DNA from: Amoebophrya sp. A120
Lineage: Eukaryota; Protista; Dinoflagellata
DNA: 64,000 bases
NCBI GenBank assembly: GCA_905178155.1
Contig: CAJINV010000007.1
Coordinates: forward strand, 4,304,258-4,368,257
Direction: 5' to 3'
Part shown: in pieces, positions 13,571 to 24,735 of the stretch
Layout: every line of letters begins with the position of its first letter
How positions within the stretch are numbered: the stretch's first letter is position 1
The notes under the pieces: model-generated
Told to the model about the DNA's origin: nothing
Database searches by the model: none
The model's input: the letters and a program-made list of their open reading frames with translations, nothing else
Made by a program: the position numbers and the translations under genes

Positions 13571-16500
13571 ATGTCGTCCCCGCCCGCAAAAATTGGTGTT
13601 CCCCGCCCCTGTCCGCTTGGGCTCCCCCTCGACGTCCATCCGCCCGCGACTGACGCGAAGTTTGCGCGACACCGGCCAATCCGGCCGACGGGGGCGATCT
13701 TCTACCTCGAGGACCCCTACCCGGCGTTCAAACAAGCCTGGCTGAGCGGCGAGCTCCGGCGATTTGCGGATCGAGCGGACGGAAAATTTCGAGACCCCGA
13801 ATACAACTTCGACGGGGCCCACGACGCGGACTACGGGAGGTCCACCTACCCATGCGTGAAAAACGAGGAGAACTTGAAGGGCATCTACCGCTACCGCCGA
13901 CCGCTCCCCGAAGAGCAGCTCTTCGGCCCGGACGGAGTCGGCGCGGGGGACATTCGACAGGGGAGATTGGGCGATTGCTGGCTTTTGGGGAGCATCGCCG
14001 CGGTAGCGAACAGATTTCCGTTCTTTGCCATGCAGCGGTGCTTACGGTACGACAAGGAAATTGGCGTTTTCACGTTCCGCTTTTCCAGTCCGGACGACCA
14101 GAGGCCGCGCTGGCTGCTACTGGACGATCTGATCGTGTGCGATTTACAAGACCCGAAAAAGTTCATCTTCTGCCATTCCAGCGAACCGAATGAGCTGTGG
14201 ACGATCTTTCTCGAGAAGGCCTTCAGCAAGTGGATGGGCGGCTACATGAACTGCCGTGGCGGGGTGCAGAACATCGTGATTCAGTGCTGCGAGCCGATGC
14301 AGGCCTTGAGCTTCGGGATGAAATCTCTACTGATCACGACACTGGAGAACAAGCACTGGAAGGAATTGCTGGGTCTGCAGGACAAGCACTGGATCGTGAA
14401 GGCAGCCGCGAAACCGATCAAGAACAACAAATTCGCGAGGGACCCAATCACAGGCCTGGTCGGCTTCCACCAGTTTTCGGTGTTGGATTTCTACGAACTG
14501 AAGCTCGAGAACTCGAGCGACAAAACGAAAAAGTCTTTCTGCCACAACTTCGTCCCCTGGTTGGAGCGTATTGCGAACAATGAGGAACATCAGTCACTAC
14601 CGCCGACCGTCCAAGAAGATTTTCTGCAGCACTACAAGCAACAAGAAATTCACATCTACAACGAAACCAATGCCACCGTCGCAATCGACCTTTCCGCGCC
14701 CGGGTGTCCAGCGATGTCGTTGGAACTTCACACCGTTCACACGCACTACACTTGGAAAATCAAGAATGACAACTGGCGCGCAGGAAACTTTGCTTGGCGG
14801 GAAATTGTAGACGTCAATACTGCGAAGATCAGCAACAAGCCCCCTCGCAGCGGCGAGGTCCGGTACGCGTTTGGGGATAGCATTTACTTGAAAAAGTCCG
14901 GTCAGACGGTAGTGAGGAACGACAAACAGCAGTTCTGCGAGGAGCAGTTGAAGGCCGTGAACCAAATCAAAAAATCTGCAGCGTTCCGGTATTGGGAAAG
15001 TTGTGAGCAAGGTAGTTCTGGTGCATCATCCAACCACAACGTGTTGCGCTTAGTGAAGCTGCGCAACCCGTGGGGCTTCGGGGAGTGGACGGGTTTGTGG
15101 AGCGACAAGTCGCTTGCCTGGTACTACTTTACCGACGTTTGTCGGAAGGTTTTCAAAACGAAAGACGGAAAGCCAGTTATCGCCGATGACGGCACGTTTT
15201 TCATGCAGTGGGCGGATTTCGTGCACCATTTTGAAAACGTGATCGCAACTGGGGAATTCAGCGACCCTGGGTTTGTGGATGGCGCGCCGGTCGCGGATTT
15301 TTTCGGTGCGGCAGGTGGATCATCGTTGACTGCTGCTGGGAAAAAAGGAATGACAGCGGCCACGAGAATGCGGCAGAAACACGAGAAGAAAAAGTTGTTG
15401 CAGACGCAGGACAGTGGCACGTCGACTGGATTTGTCGAGGGCGACTTACTCAGTGAGGACAGTCTCGATGAAGATGAGAGCGACTGCTGGACCGATTCAG
15501 ATTCCTTCTGGGATCACGATAGCGAAGACGATTTTGACGATTTTTCAGACGACGATTCGGAAGATGACGATGACGATTCGGATTTCACTGACGACGACTT
15601 CTCCGAACGAGATTACGACGACGATGATGAAGATGATAGAGACCACCACGACGACGATCTAGTTCTAGATATCGAACCAGTTCAGGGCAAAGGGCACTTT
15701 TCCTACCCAGGGCCAGACCCACCGACCGTCGAAATTCTCGGCCACAACAGCTCCTTGAAACACGCCACCGCCCTTGCCTGTCCCGGCGTGTTTCGGTTTG
15801 CTGAACACGAAGGAAGTGGCAGAATACAGCCAGAGGAATTCCACGCGGGAACTGGGACCCTCGCGTTCTACGTAAAATTCCCCTTCGAAGAAGCGCTTTA
15901 CGACGAAGAAAAACCAAAGCAAATCTTCGAAATCGTCGGACTTGGGTACCAGGGCCCGTGTACGGATGTGAAGGAGTTGACGGTGTCTGCGGTGTCGGGG
16001 TCAGGGTCGATCGTGGTCGGGAGCAGTGACGACGAAAACAAGAACTGTCGAATCGAGAACGAGGAGTGGCCGTTCTGGTTCGATGACTGGATGTGGGTCG
16101 CGGTGACGTACGATAGAACAAGTGTGAAGCTCTACGTTGAAGGTTCTTTGACGTACGAGAAGGACGTTGAAGCTGACAGGTCGTGTGGTGAAAACGAAGA
16201 CTCTCTTCTCTTCGCCACCGGCCCGCCGGACCTCGTCACGGTCGGGATCACCGAAGCGGACGAACTGGTCGGAGGGGGAAGTAAACCTAAACACGCATCC
16301 TACCCGGGTATGCAGCTGCAGGGTGTCGCGTTTTGGGACCGGGTGTTGACTGAAGAGGAATTGGGGATGGTCGAAAAGAAGGTTGTGAAAACCAGCGGAG
16401 TAGGTTCTGGAACGGGGAAGAACAAATCGAAAGGCAGCAGGAATCGGCGAAGAGTTGGAAAAGTGGAGAGCGCAGCAGCAGTACCGATAAAGAGGAATAA

Positions 16501-16720
16501 GGGCAATCGAAAAGACCAGATTCTCATCCCGGAACCGGTTGTCAGGGGCAGCCCCGATGCTGTTGGAGTGGGGAGACAAGGTGCGACAAAAAGTACTGCG
16601 AAGGTAACGCCGATTGGTGGAGATATCGATTTGAGTGCGAGCGCTGGTGGAGGACGAGCAGCTGCTGGACTTCTACCAGAACAAAAAAGGTCTGGCTTGT
16701 GCTGCTGCTTGAAGAAATGA
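13571..16720 (+). CDS. Calpain-family (C2) cysteine protease with acidic tract and C-terminal LamG/ConA-like domain (1049 aa)
   Basis: Catalytic Cys in DIRQGRLGDCWLL, ELWTIFLEKAFSK, His in GFHQFSVL, Asn in KLRNPWG. LamG-like WMWVAVTYDRTSVKLYVEG...VAFWDRVLTEEE. Ends CCCLKK. Confidence 0.9.
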   Translation: MSSPPAKIGVPRPCPLGLPLDVHPPATDAKFARHRPIRPTGAIFYLEDPYPAFKQAWLSGELRRFADRADGKFRDPEYNFDGAHDADYGRSTYPCVKNEENLKGIYRYRRPLPEEQLFGPDGVGAGDIRQGRLGDCWLLGSIAAVANRFPFFAMQRCLRYDKEIGVFTFRFSSPDDQRPRWLLLDDLIVCDLQDPKKFIFCHSSEPNELWTIFLEKAFSKWMGGYMNCRGGVQNIVIQCCEPMQALSFGMKSLLITTLENKHWKELLGLQDKHWIVKAAAKPIKNNKFARDPITGLVGFHQFSVLDFYELKLENSSDKTKKSFCHNFVPWLERIANNEEHQSLPPTVQEDFLQHYKQQEIHIYNETNATVAIDLSAPGCPAMSLELHTVHTHYTWKIKNDNWRAGNFAWREIVDVNTAKISNKPPRSGEVRYAFGDSIYLKKSGQTVVRNDKQQFCEEQLKAVNQIKKSAAFRYWESCEQGSSGASSNHNVLRLVKLRNPWGFGEWTGLWSDKSLAWYYFTDVCRKVFKTKDGKPVIADDGTFFMQWADFVHHFENVIATGEFSDPGFVDGAPVADFFGAAGGSSLTAAGKKGMTAATRMRQKHEKKKLLQTQDSGTSTGFVEGDLLSEDSLDEDESDCWTDSDSFWDHDSEDDFDDFSDDDSEDDDDDSDFTDDDFSERDYDDDDEDDRDHHDDDLVLDIEPVQGKGHFSYPGPDPPTVEILGHNSSLKHATALACPGVFRFAEHEGSGRIQPEEFHAGTGTLAFYVKFPFEEALYDEEKPKQIFEIVGLGYQGPCTDVKELTVSAVSGSGSIVVGSSDDENKNCRIENEEWPFWFDDWMWVAVTYDRTSVKLYVEGSLTYEKDVEADRSCGENEDSLLFATGPPDLVTVGITEADELVGGGSKPKHASYPGMQLQGVAFWDRVLTEEELGMVEKKVVKTSGVGSGTGKNKSKGSRNRRRVGKVESAAAVPIKRNKGNRKDQILIPEPVVRGSPDAVGVGRQGATKSTAKVTPIGGDIDLSASAGGGRAAAGLLPEQKRSGLCCCLKK

Positions 16721-17280
16721 ACTGATGAAAATGAAAAAAGCAAAAAAGTAAAAGGAGCTTTTGCTTTGGAATGGTGCTGATAGATGTACTAACACGATGA
16801 CCAATCGGACCATCAGAAAAACTCATCGCGGTTCTCCATGCCGTTGAAAAGTCTTGGTCCAATCTACTTTCGACATGTTCTTTCTCCTTCTACTCCTGAT
16901 CATATTGCAAGTTGGCTCGTCCGCAAGAGGTTGGAGGCGGTTTTTGAATCATAAGAACCGATCCACATGATCTCCTGGCTCTTGGTGCTTGTGCTTGATG
17001 AGACTACTTTCCTGTAGTATTGAGACTGTTGTAAGAACAACCACGTCAAACGATTCTATCTCTCTAATAATATCAGGCATCTATCATGATCATCACATAA
17101 TAATATCACTCTATTTTTGCTTTTAGCTTTTACTTTTCGCCTTTACTTTTAGCTTTTGTTTTTACTTTTTGGCTTTCACTTTTAAGTTGCGGAGGAGTAG
17201 TTTGGCCATCACGACTTTAGTCTTAGCAAGTGCAAGGGATAGATTACGCGTGCTTCCAGTATCAGAAAGAGACGAGGAAG

Positions 17281-19038
17281 ATGAAGATGCGCTCGACAAA
17301 GCTGCTGATCGCAGTATTGACATGGTCTGTCGCGTGGCCTGCGCTTGTGCAAAGGAATGTTCTAGGCTCATTTCTGAGCTCCCGTAGCTCAACAAATGCC
17401 GTTGAAGGAAGTACTAGACCGGGTCGTGATCTTATTTCTCACGGAAATGAGCACCAGCAGGAGCAAACGGCGGATAATATTAACAACCACGGTGGTCGAA
17501 GCTCCACCAGCACGTTGTCGGCTGAAGCAGCAAGGAACACAGCAGCAGGAACAAACACGGGGGAAATGAAGACATTCTCCTTCCAGTTTCTGTACTCTCC
17601 TCGCCGGTTCTTCCAGATTCCCTCTTTACCCGACACGGACGTTCGTCTTTACTTTCAGCTTTCAGGCTGTTCGGAAAAGGGAAAGACCACGGTGGCCGAG
17701 TTTTTGGATGACGCGAAGAAAATGGCCGCGAGCCGCTTGTTGCGCATAGAGGACGACGCGTACAACTTAAAACACGGCGCGAATCGCATATTTTTCGTAA
17801 CTCCAGACCGTGAGGAGGGAGAGCAGCGATTGCTGACCCTGCTGCGCGCCGCGCTCCACGAGGGCTGGCTGTTGTTGGAGGAAAGGCAGAAGGTGTCACC
17901 AAGTGGAATTTTGCGCCCAAAGGGATTCGGAGAGCCGTTTGCGCCGGACGGACTGCTTGCTTACACCGTTTCGACGAACACCCTGAGTCTGCGCGAGGAA
18001 GTCCTAGCAGCGCATTTCGGAGATCTATTTCTCTTGCCTGCTGGTGGTACTAGCGGCGCAAAAATCTTCTCTCCTCCTCCTCTCGCGGAGAAATTAGAGG
18101 AAGTTGGTGTCGAAGTGTCCTGGGATAACGATAATGAAGATGAGGTGCTACTGTTGAATTCCGCAGAGGAACACGCGGAGTATCAACTGCAGCGAGATCT
18201 GTTGACAGTGAGTCCTTCGACAGTAGAACCGATCGCGGCGAGTGTTCGCGCCTTCGAGACGGTGTTCAAGAACCTCCCCAAGCCGCCAGTGGATGTGCGA
18301 ACGCTCCACAAGAAAGGCCTCGAGATGCAGGCGAGTGTGGCAGCGCACATGTCGGCCAACCTGGTTTCGTGTCCGAAAAGCGTCGCTATCACATCCGACG
18401 AAATAAGGCACCTGCTATTTTTCCACGTTTTGGAACGCTTGTTGCCCAGGGTGGCGGTTTTGGTCGGCTTCTTGGGAACCGTGCGGCGTAAACAGCGAGA
18501 CCTCCACGCGTTGTTAGGTGGGGGTCCGATCCATCACGACGAGGAAGCGTCTTTATTGCAACAAGCGGTCAGCGGAAATCACCCTTTTCAACAGCACGAG
18601 AAGGAGAAAACGGAGTCGGAGGAAGGGGAACAAGACGAGGAGCAGTCTGTCTCTGTACCTCGTTGGAAGATATTAAATCCTTGGGCGTCCTTTATAGGCG
18701 CTCTACGCGCGAAGTTTCACTGGTACGATATCCATATCGTCGATACCGCCCGGATGTTCTTCCCCAGGCTGCCGCCCAACTTCGTCGCGGACAGGTCGAT
18801 TAAATTCTGTGTAGATTCTCAGCTGCAAATTTTGCGCATTGCGAAGGAGCGTTTGAGTCAGGAAGTCGAACTGGCCCGGAAAGGCGGGTGGTGGGAAGAT
18901 AAGCTGGAGGCGGCGAGAATACAGATGGGCGAGGTTCAGCAAAAGGAGGATCATTCTGTGGCCGAGGTCGTCGCGGGATCTCTCACCGCATTGGAAGAAA
19001 ACGTAGAATTCATCACCGCTTCTAATCTAAGTGCATGA
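17281..19038 (+). CDS. Hypothetical protein with probable signal peptide (~585 aa)
   Basis: Long uninterrupted ORF with coding-like composition. N-terminus MKMRSTKLLIAVLTWSVAWPALV. No domain recognised. Confidence 0.65.
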   Translation: MKMRSTKLLIAVLTWSVAWPALVQRNVLGSFLSSRSSTNAVEGSTRPGRDLISHGNEHQQEQTADNINNHGGRSSTSTLSAEAARNTAAGTNTGEMKTFSFQFLYSPRRFFQIPSLPDTDVRLYFQLSGCSEKGKTTVAEFLDDAKKMAASRLLRIEDDAYNLKHGANRIFFVTPDREEGEQRLLTLLRAALHEGWLLLEERQKVSPSGILRPKGFGEPFAPDGLLAYTVSTNTLSLREEVLAAHFGDLFLLPAGGTSGAKIFSPPPLAEKLEEVGVEVSWDNDNEDEVLLLNSAEEHAEYQLQRDLLTVSPSTVEPIAASVRAFETVFKNLPKPPVDVRTLHKKGLEMQASVAAHMSANLVSCPKSVAITSDEIRHLLFFHVLERLLPRVAVLVGFLGTVRRKQRDLHALLGGGPIHHDEEASLLQQAVSGNHPFQQHEKEKTESEEGEQDEEQSVSVPRWKILNPWASFIGALRAKFHWYDIHIVDTARMFFPRLPPNFVADRSIKFCVDSQLQILRIAKERLSQEVELARKGGWWEDKLEAARIQMGEVQQKEDHSVAEVVAGSLTALEENVEFITASNLSA

Positions 19039-19525
19039 AGCTGCGAGGAGCCGAGGCGTCATGAACTCTGTTGCCTATGATAAATATAGGCCGCCACGCG
19101 AACACACGACCTTCATGGAACATTTGCTTCACGCGCAATAATGCGACAAGATCTACTGGTAAATTTAAGGGTAAGGAACATCTGACCTAGGCACGCGCTT
19201 CACCTTACGCTAATTTTTGCGCGCGGTGTTACAGCTCGCGTGCAACGCTGACATTACTTTTTTCCTAGTGTAGTCATAATCAACGTGAGTTGGCTGAATT
19301 ACGAACGGGTCAGCATGTTCCACCTTCTACTCCCGATCATATTGCAAGAAATCGATTGAAGAACTGAATGAAAAAAATTCGAAAATCAAAATAGGTCCAT
19401 GATGGAAATCAAAGAATCTGATAATCTTTCTGTGGGCCTCGTCCTCGTCATGGTCGGATATTCCATGTGTAGAAGATTTATGATCTTATAATCACAATCA
19501 GAAATCATATTCGTAATTCGATGGA

Positions 19526-19730
19526 TTTCTTTCTTTCTTTCCATGCCTGGGCATGGCATCAAATGTTCAAGGCCCTAAAAGTTCCGTTGCAATCCCATTT
19601 TTTTTCTCTCTAGTGATCTTCCCTGTCAGCACCAACTCAAATCGAAAAGCTTAATAAACATCTATATCTATTTCTGAAAAGTAGTAACATCTATTTCTGA
19701 AAAAATGTCACTTATCTGCTCGCGATCATA
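19526..19730 (-). repeat. Dispersed repeat copy 1: (TTTC)n + hairpin CCATGCC-NG-GGCATGG + conserved core
   Basis: Near-identical to 20578-20800 over the first ~60 bp of core and alignable for ~190 bp. Core also at 62247. Confidence 0.85.
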
Positions 19731-20577
19731 ATCAATTTCGAAAATAATTCTTCTTCGATCCAACTACAAACCTGTCTTGTACCTAAAAAATTGCAAATTT
19801 TGATCTGCCTCAACCTTGATTTCTTATATCGTGATGATAAAAATGGTATATGGACATCGAAGATATTTGTTTCTGATGCATGAGGAAGATTGATATCTTC
19901 GAAATTCAGACTGGGGTGGATTTAGAGGGTGTTCGATGCATGATTTTCTTGTGTTTTTTATCTATTGTAGTTTCATAATATATAAAAATTTGTGTGAATT
20001 AAAATTATTTTTTCGATTTTTTCGGATTTTAAGAAAATATCCAGAATCTCATCACGAAAATATTTTCCAAAATTAAATATGTTCTCCGATATCAATCAAT
20101 CTTGATCCTGGTCTCCAATATTTCCTGTGTATGATTCATATCGATTCATTTCTCATCTTTATCTTTCTATTTACTAGAATTTTTCCAGATCCTAAATATC
20201 GAAAGATTCCATCGATCATTACCAAAATATTCTCTCGGTGGATGATGGTATCAATCGGATTTCAGATTCATATTTCTTCATGTTTCTGAGATTTCGAAAA
20301 ATTGGAGAAAAATATCCGAAAGTTTTTTCATTAATCCAAAATTGGGAACCTCTAAAATTCATGATTATATCAAGAAGATTTTGTGATTTCCGATTCTTCT
20401 CCATCCTTTTTCGAATGGATTCATAGATTTTTCGATTTCCATATGGATACCAGAGAACAACGACATTTGCTATTCGATCAATAATCTCAGGAAATTTTGA
20501 ATGATTTTCCCCAAGAATTATCATAGAAAATAATGAAATTCATAACCCTCATCATATTGATACACAAACATCGACAT

Positions 20578-20579
20578 TT

Positions 20580-20619
<40 letters not shown>

Positions 20620-20800
20620 TCCATGCCAGGGCATGGCGTCAAATGTTCAAGGCCCTAAAAGTTCCGTTGCAATCCCATTTTTGTCGCAGTAGTGATCCTC
20701 CATGTCAGAACCAACTCAAACTGAAAAACTTAAATAAACATCTATTCATGAGAAATAATAACAAGACGATCAAAATCTATTTATCTGTTCGTGGTCAACA
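20578..20800 (-). repeat. Dispersed repeat copy 2 with ~11 TTTC units
   Basis: (TTTC)n then CCATGCCAGGGCATGGCGTCAAATGTTCAAGGCCCTAAAAGTTCCGTTGCAATCCCATTT. Confidence 0.85.
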
Positions 20801-21830
20801 AGTCGTCTAAATTCAAATACAACAACAACATTTTAGTAAAAAAAATAGATCCGTCGATCGTAGTTCTTTGTTTTTGGCAAAAGTAAATCTAGATTTCAAG
20901 ATTACTTTTTTCTGAATAAACTCAGCTGGGGCCACCAAAATGGTAGCTCCTATGTCAGCAGGATAAGTCTTGAAGTTTGATCATCCCAAAAATAAACCTG
21001 TTCTTCAAGATATCAATTGAATTCATACGAAAGTCGAAGTTTCAAGTTGTTTCTTTTTTTTTGGACGCAGCTGGAGCCAGCAGCGTGCTAGCTTTTAGAT
21101 CATCTGTTTCTCTTTTCATCTCGGATCGTCGATCAGCAGACTTTGCAAGTCGTATTCCAATCTTTCCGCTTCCAAAGATAAGAATTTCGAAAAAATAAAA
21201 AAATAGGTTATGACATAATGGAATGAAGATAGATGCAAATTCCTCCAAATCCAACTATCTGATATTCAGAATTCATCCAGATCATCAGAATTATAGAAAT
21301 GATTTCATTTTGAGTCTGAAACTGAAATCGATGGTGAGACTCAGATAAGTGCCTGAATCTGAAATCGATGATGAGCTTGACTCGGAATCATCCGCCTGCA
21401 GAAAGCCCCGGGTTTTTGGTTCTTTTGTCACCTCTATCCATTTCGTCAAAAAAAAAAATATGATAATTTTCATAACTTCGAGCTTTTGTCTGTCCCATTT
21501 TTCATAGGTAATCTCCAATCTTTTGCAGTGCCTCGGTATAGAAAAACAAAGAAGTGGTGTGTGGCTTTGCGTCTACATAATTGGAAATTGAAATTGTCCA
21601 CCTCATCGTGTGCATGATAACTCGCTCCATTCTTGCCTTGATGAATCAATTCTTCTAGTGATGTGGGTGATGTGGGAGCATCATGCAATGCCAATGCAAC
21701 TTAGATGGATTCCCCGAGTCGGATCATGGTCGTGTTATGTTCAAGTTCATACATGCACACGGCGAGTAAGTAGATTATGCTTATTTGTGATCGACATCCA
21801 TGCAAAAGGGAAAGCAAAGCCACTTAGTAT

Positions 21831-23885
21831 TTACAAATTTCGTACCCGATCGTCTTCCTTTGTGGCCGCCATACAGAGCCACATCGAGACCGACCTGTGC
21901 AGGTCTTGAACCGTTTCTATTGCAGTTTGCTTGTAAAAGGACTCATCTCCCAACCTTGTGTGTTTCTGGTTGTCGTTATTTGCCGCCGCTTGCAACATCG
22001 CCTTTGTCTTTTTCAGCCGAAACCCCTGATAGTTCACCACCACCTCGAGCATGTTTGCCAAGTAGTGCGGTGTCCGCAGTCCGCACAAGACGGTGCCAAT
22101 CTGCAGACCGCCAAGAATCAGCAAGCTCTTCCCAGCGAGTTGCCCCGTGACAGCCGGGTCTTCTTCGTCTTCGTCGTCATCAAGGTTTAGGTCACTTGGT
22201 GCCGGGCTGGTGCCCGCCACTTTATTTGAGTTTGCAACACTGGGAGACGTGTCCAAAACAACACCAGTTGTGCTTGTCGCGATTTCCAAGTGTCTACTCA
22301 ATTTCGATTCCAGCATATCCACATCCTCGGGTTGCAAAGCAGAGTTGATCGGGGTTTCCGACGCGAAACGGCACACCCCCGGCGCTTCTTTGAAAATCCC
22401 GTTCAGGGGGCGATTCGTCAGGAGGAAAAGGTTGTTTTCCTCGGCCTGCTCAATCAAAGTTTTCCCTTCAATTTTTTTTTGAGTTGGTAATGATGGAATT
22501 TGTGTCTTCCGCTTGCTACCGTCCGGATTCCTGGCGCACTGCGGTTGAAACAGCGCCTCTGGTTCTGCAAAATTGCACGGGAACTGCAGCACTTTGAAAT
22601 TCGGCCCCGCGACGGCGAGCACTTTTTCCAGCACCAAGTGTTGCGGCTCGGAGGGGCGGAGAGGGTAGAACGCGCCCGACACGCCGTAGTACTGGATTTT
22701 GTTCGCCTTCACAAGTTCCTCGCACTTCGCAAAAGCGGGTTTAAGGATTGCGTGGTAGAAGTACTCTTCGAGGTCGTCGCGGTCTCGTGCGGTTTGTTGT
22801 TGAGTTGCACAAGAACCGGAACCACCACCAGCAGTGCTAGTTTTTCCATCCTCGCGACCGCCAGTGTGATAAAACCCTGCGAGATACAGCCACGTTTCGG
22901 GATTGTGCAGTAGCAACACATCCAGGGTCTCGCAGTTCAATCGGCGCAAGGTCCGCTCCAGTTCGGCTTCGATCCAGTCTGGGTGAACGCAGTGACACAC
23001 GTCTTTCCGCTCCGAACCGTAGGACAGAATAGAGCCTGGCGGCTGGTAATGTTGACCGCGTTGATCTTTCCCATCACCACCATCGGTAGATGAAGATGAG
23101 TTTTGTTTTGCCTGTGAAACAAGCTGCCTGCATTTCGCGATGTTTTCTGTGCCAACCACGTTGCCGACCTTGGAAATCAGGACAATGGACTCCCTCGTAC
23201 GCAGCGCCCCTGAGCCTGACCCTGACGCTGGTTGCTGACTCCCGGGGGCAAGGCTTCGGTGCACATTATTAGTTTTTGTGAACAGCTCCGCTAGCGCCTG
23301 TCCGATCGCGCACTCAGCTCCGTTGTAGTTGGGCGCGGTGTCAATCACATTGATGCCGTGCAGCAGGCACAGCAAGACCATGTCTCGCGAAGACAAACCG
23401 TCGTCGAAGTAGTGCGTTCCGAGCCCGTATGGGGAGAGAAAGAGCTGGTCGTCGAGGAGGAGGTGAGTTGGTGGAGCGGAATTCGAATTTGAATTGCTCC
23501 GGTTATTTCCAGCAGCACCTCCAATACTCCGGTCACACCGCTCCTCACTCCAAGTCGCCCAGAACTTTTCAAACACCTCGGCCCTGGTAGCGGACGTCGT
23601 GGCCTTCCCGGGGAAGGGCAAAGGGCCATTTTTGACCGCGATTCCTTGTGCTCCACTTCGCATGGGCATGGCTGTACTATCAGAAACGGTCCTAGTTCTT
23701 GAGGGAGCCGGTGACGAGAAAGCAGATTGAAGACCGCTTGGTGGTTGCGCGGATGAATATTCTGGTGGAAGAACTCCGTGCTGCGTTTCCGTTGGGGTTT
23801 GCAGCTGCACCAGGCTTCTGCTCTTATCCTGTTTTGCGAAAATACCAATACCGTCGAAGCAATTGCAAGATTGCAAGGAGAACAT
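21831..23885 (-). CDS. Aldo/keto reductase family protein (~684 aa, low-complexity insertions)
   Basis: YGLGT, GINVIDTAPNY (Asp/Tyr), RESIVLISKVG (Lys), ELERTLRRLNCETLDVLLLHNP (His), KIQYYGVS. Termini may involve extra exons. Confidence 0.85.
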   Translation of the reverse strand: MFSLQSCNCFDGIGIFAKQDKSRSLVQLQTPTETQHGVLPPEYSSAQPPSGLQSAFSSPAPSRTRTVSDSTAMPMRSGAQGIAVKNGPLPFPGKATTSATRAEVFEKFWATWSEERCDRSIGGAAGNNRSNSNSNSAPPTHLLLDDQLFLSPYGLGTHYFDDGLSSRDMVLLCLLHGINVIDTAPNYNGAECAIGQALAELFTKTNNVHRSLAPGSQQPASGSGSGALRTRESIVLISKVGNVVGTENIAKCRQLVSQAKQNSSSSTDGGDGKDQRGQHYQPPGSILSYGSERKDVCHCVHPDWIEAELERTLRRLNCETLDVLLLHNPETWLYLAGFYHTGGREDGKTSTAGGGSGSCATQQQTARDRDDLEEYFYHAILKPAFAKCEELVKANKIQYYGVSGAFYPLRPSEPQHLVLEKVLAVAGPNFKVLQFPCNFAEPEALFQPQCARNPDGSKRKTQIPSLPTQKKIEGKTLIEQAEENNLFLLTNRPLNGIFKEAPGVCRFASETPINSALQPEDVDMLESKLSRHLEIATSTTGVVLDTSPSVANSNKVAGTSPAPSDLNLDDDEDEEDPAVTGQLAGKSLLILGGLQIGTVLCGLRTPHYLANMLEVVVNYQGFRLKKTKAMLQAAANNDNQKHTRLGDESFYKQTAIETVQDLHRSVSMWLCMAATKEDDRVRNL

Positions 23886-23980
23886 CTTGGGTATCTACGA
23901 AAACTTTCACAGGATCACTACACGACTTTCTGTTTCATCTCCATGAAGCATAACTTGTACGCGATGGTGCTTGAGTTCGT

Positions 23981-24068
23981 CTGTCCAGTATGGAGTACGA
24001 GTGGAACAGGCTGACAATGGCGGCTGTCCAGTATGGAGTGGAACAGTGCCGTCTGTCCAGTATGGAGT
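23981..24068. repeat. Three exact copies of CTGTCCAGTATGGAGT
   Basis: Copies start at 23981, 24024 and 24053, just upstream of the AKR gene. Confidence 0.9.
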
Positions 24069-24735
24069 TCTACTGGTGGCGACAGGAACAGAGCTGAAAA
24101 AAAAGCAGCGACGACATGCAAACGATCGTCTGCAGCCAGTAATGTACAAGTCAGTGTTGACTCGTTGAAAATGCTGGAGCTTTTGTCACAGCCGATTTCT
24201 GAATCACCAGCACAAGAAGCCTGCTGTATCCATCGTACTTGACGGCACATATTCTCCTACAACACAGCAACTGGTGGACATCGTTTGTATTCTTTTTCGC
24301 GAAAATCCATCACTGCCCTATGACAGAGACATTCAAGACTATACGCCAAAATCCAAGCATCAAATGAAAAGCAGTTCTTTTTCTCGATCAAGTAATGTGA
24401 CGAAAAGCAGGCCCGTGCCCGTCTAGTTCTTGTGGCGAAAGTAGAATTAGTAGAAGTTCCTATGTAGTACTAGTTTAATTATCGCTACGGTAGCAAAAGA
24501 AGTAGTTCTAGATGATCACTACCGTAGTAAGTTACAAGTTGACGTCGAGGGCTTTTTACACCTCGCACGCGCAGGTTCATTCTGAAATCTACATCACCAA
24601 AAAAAAAAGCAAAATCATACGCGCGATTTTACTCGGACTCAGTAGGAAGTATTCACAACTCTGGAGTTACGTCAGCATCTGTCTCGCTTCTGCTATTTGA
24701 TGTCTAAAATCGAAAAGAAAATTACGCGTCTTTTA

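Noticed and set aside
17113-17185. Degenerate CTTTTA/TTTTAG hexamer tract
   Set aside because: Low-complexity pyrimidine-rich tract; not a true TTTAGGG telomeric array.
20219-20524. Possible degenerate reverse-transcriptase fragment
   Set aside because: No diagnostic RT motifs (QG.xSP, YADD) visible; cannot be supported without a search.
23981-24068. CRISPR-like repeat-spacer pattern
   Set aside because: Only three 16-bp repeats with unequal, partly repetitive spacers, no cas genes, and a eukaryotic context.
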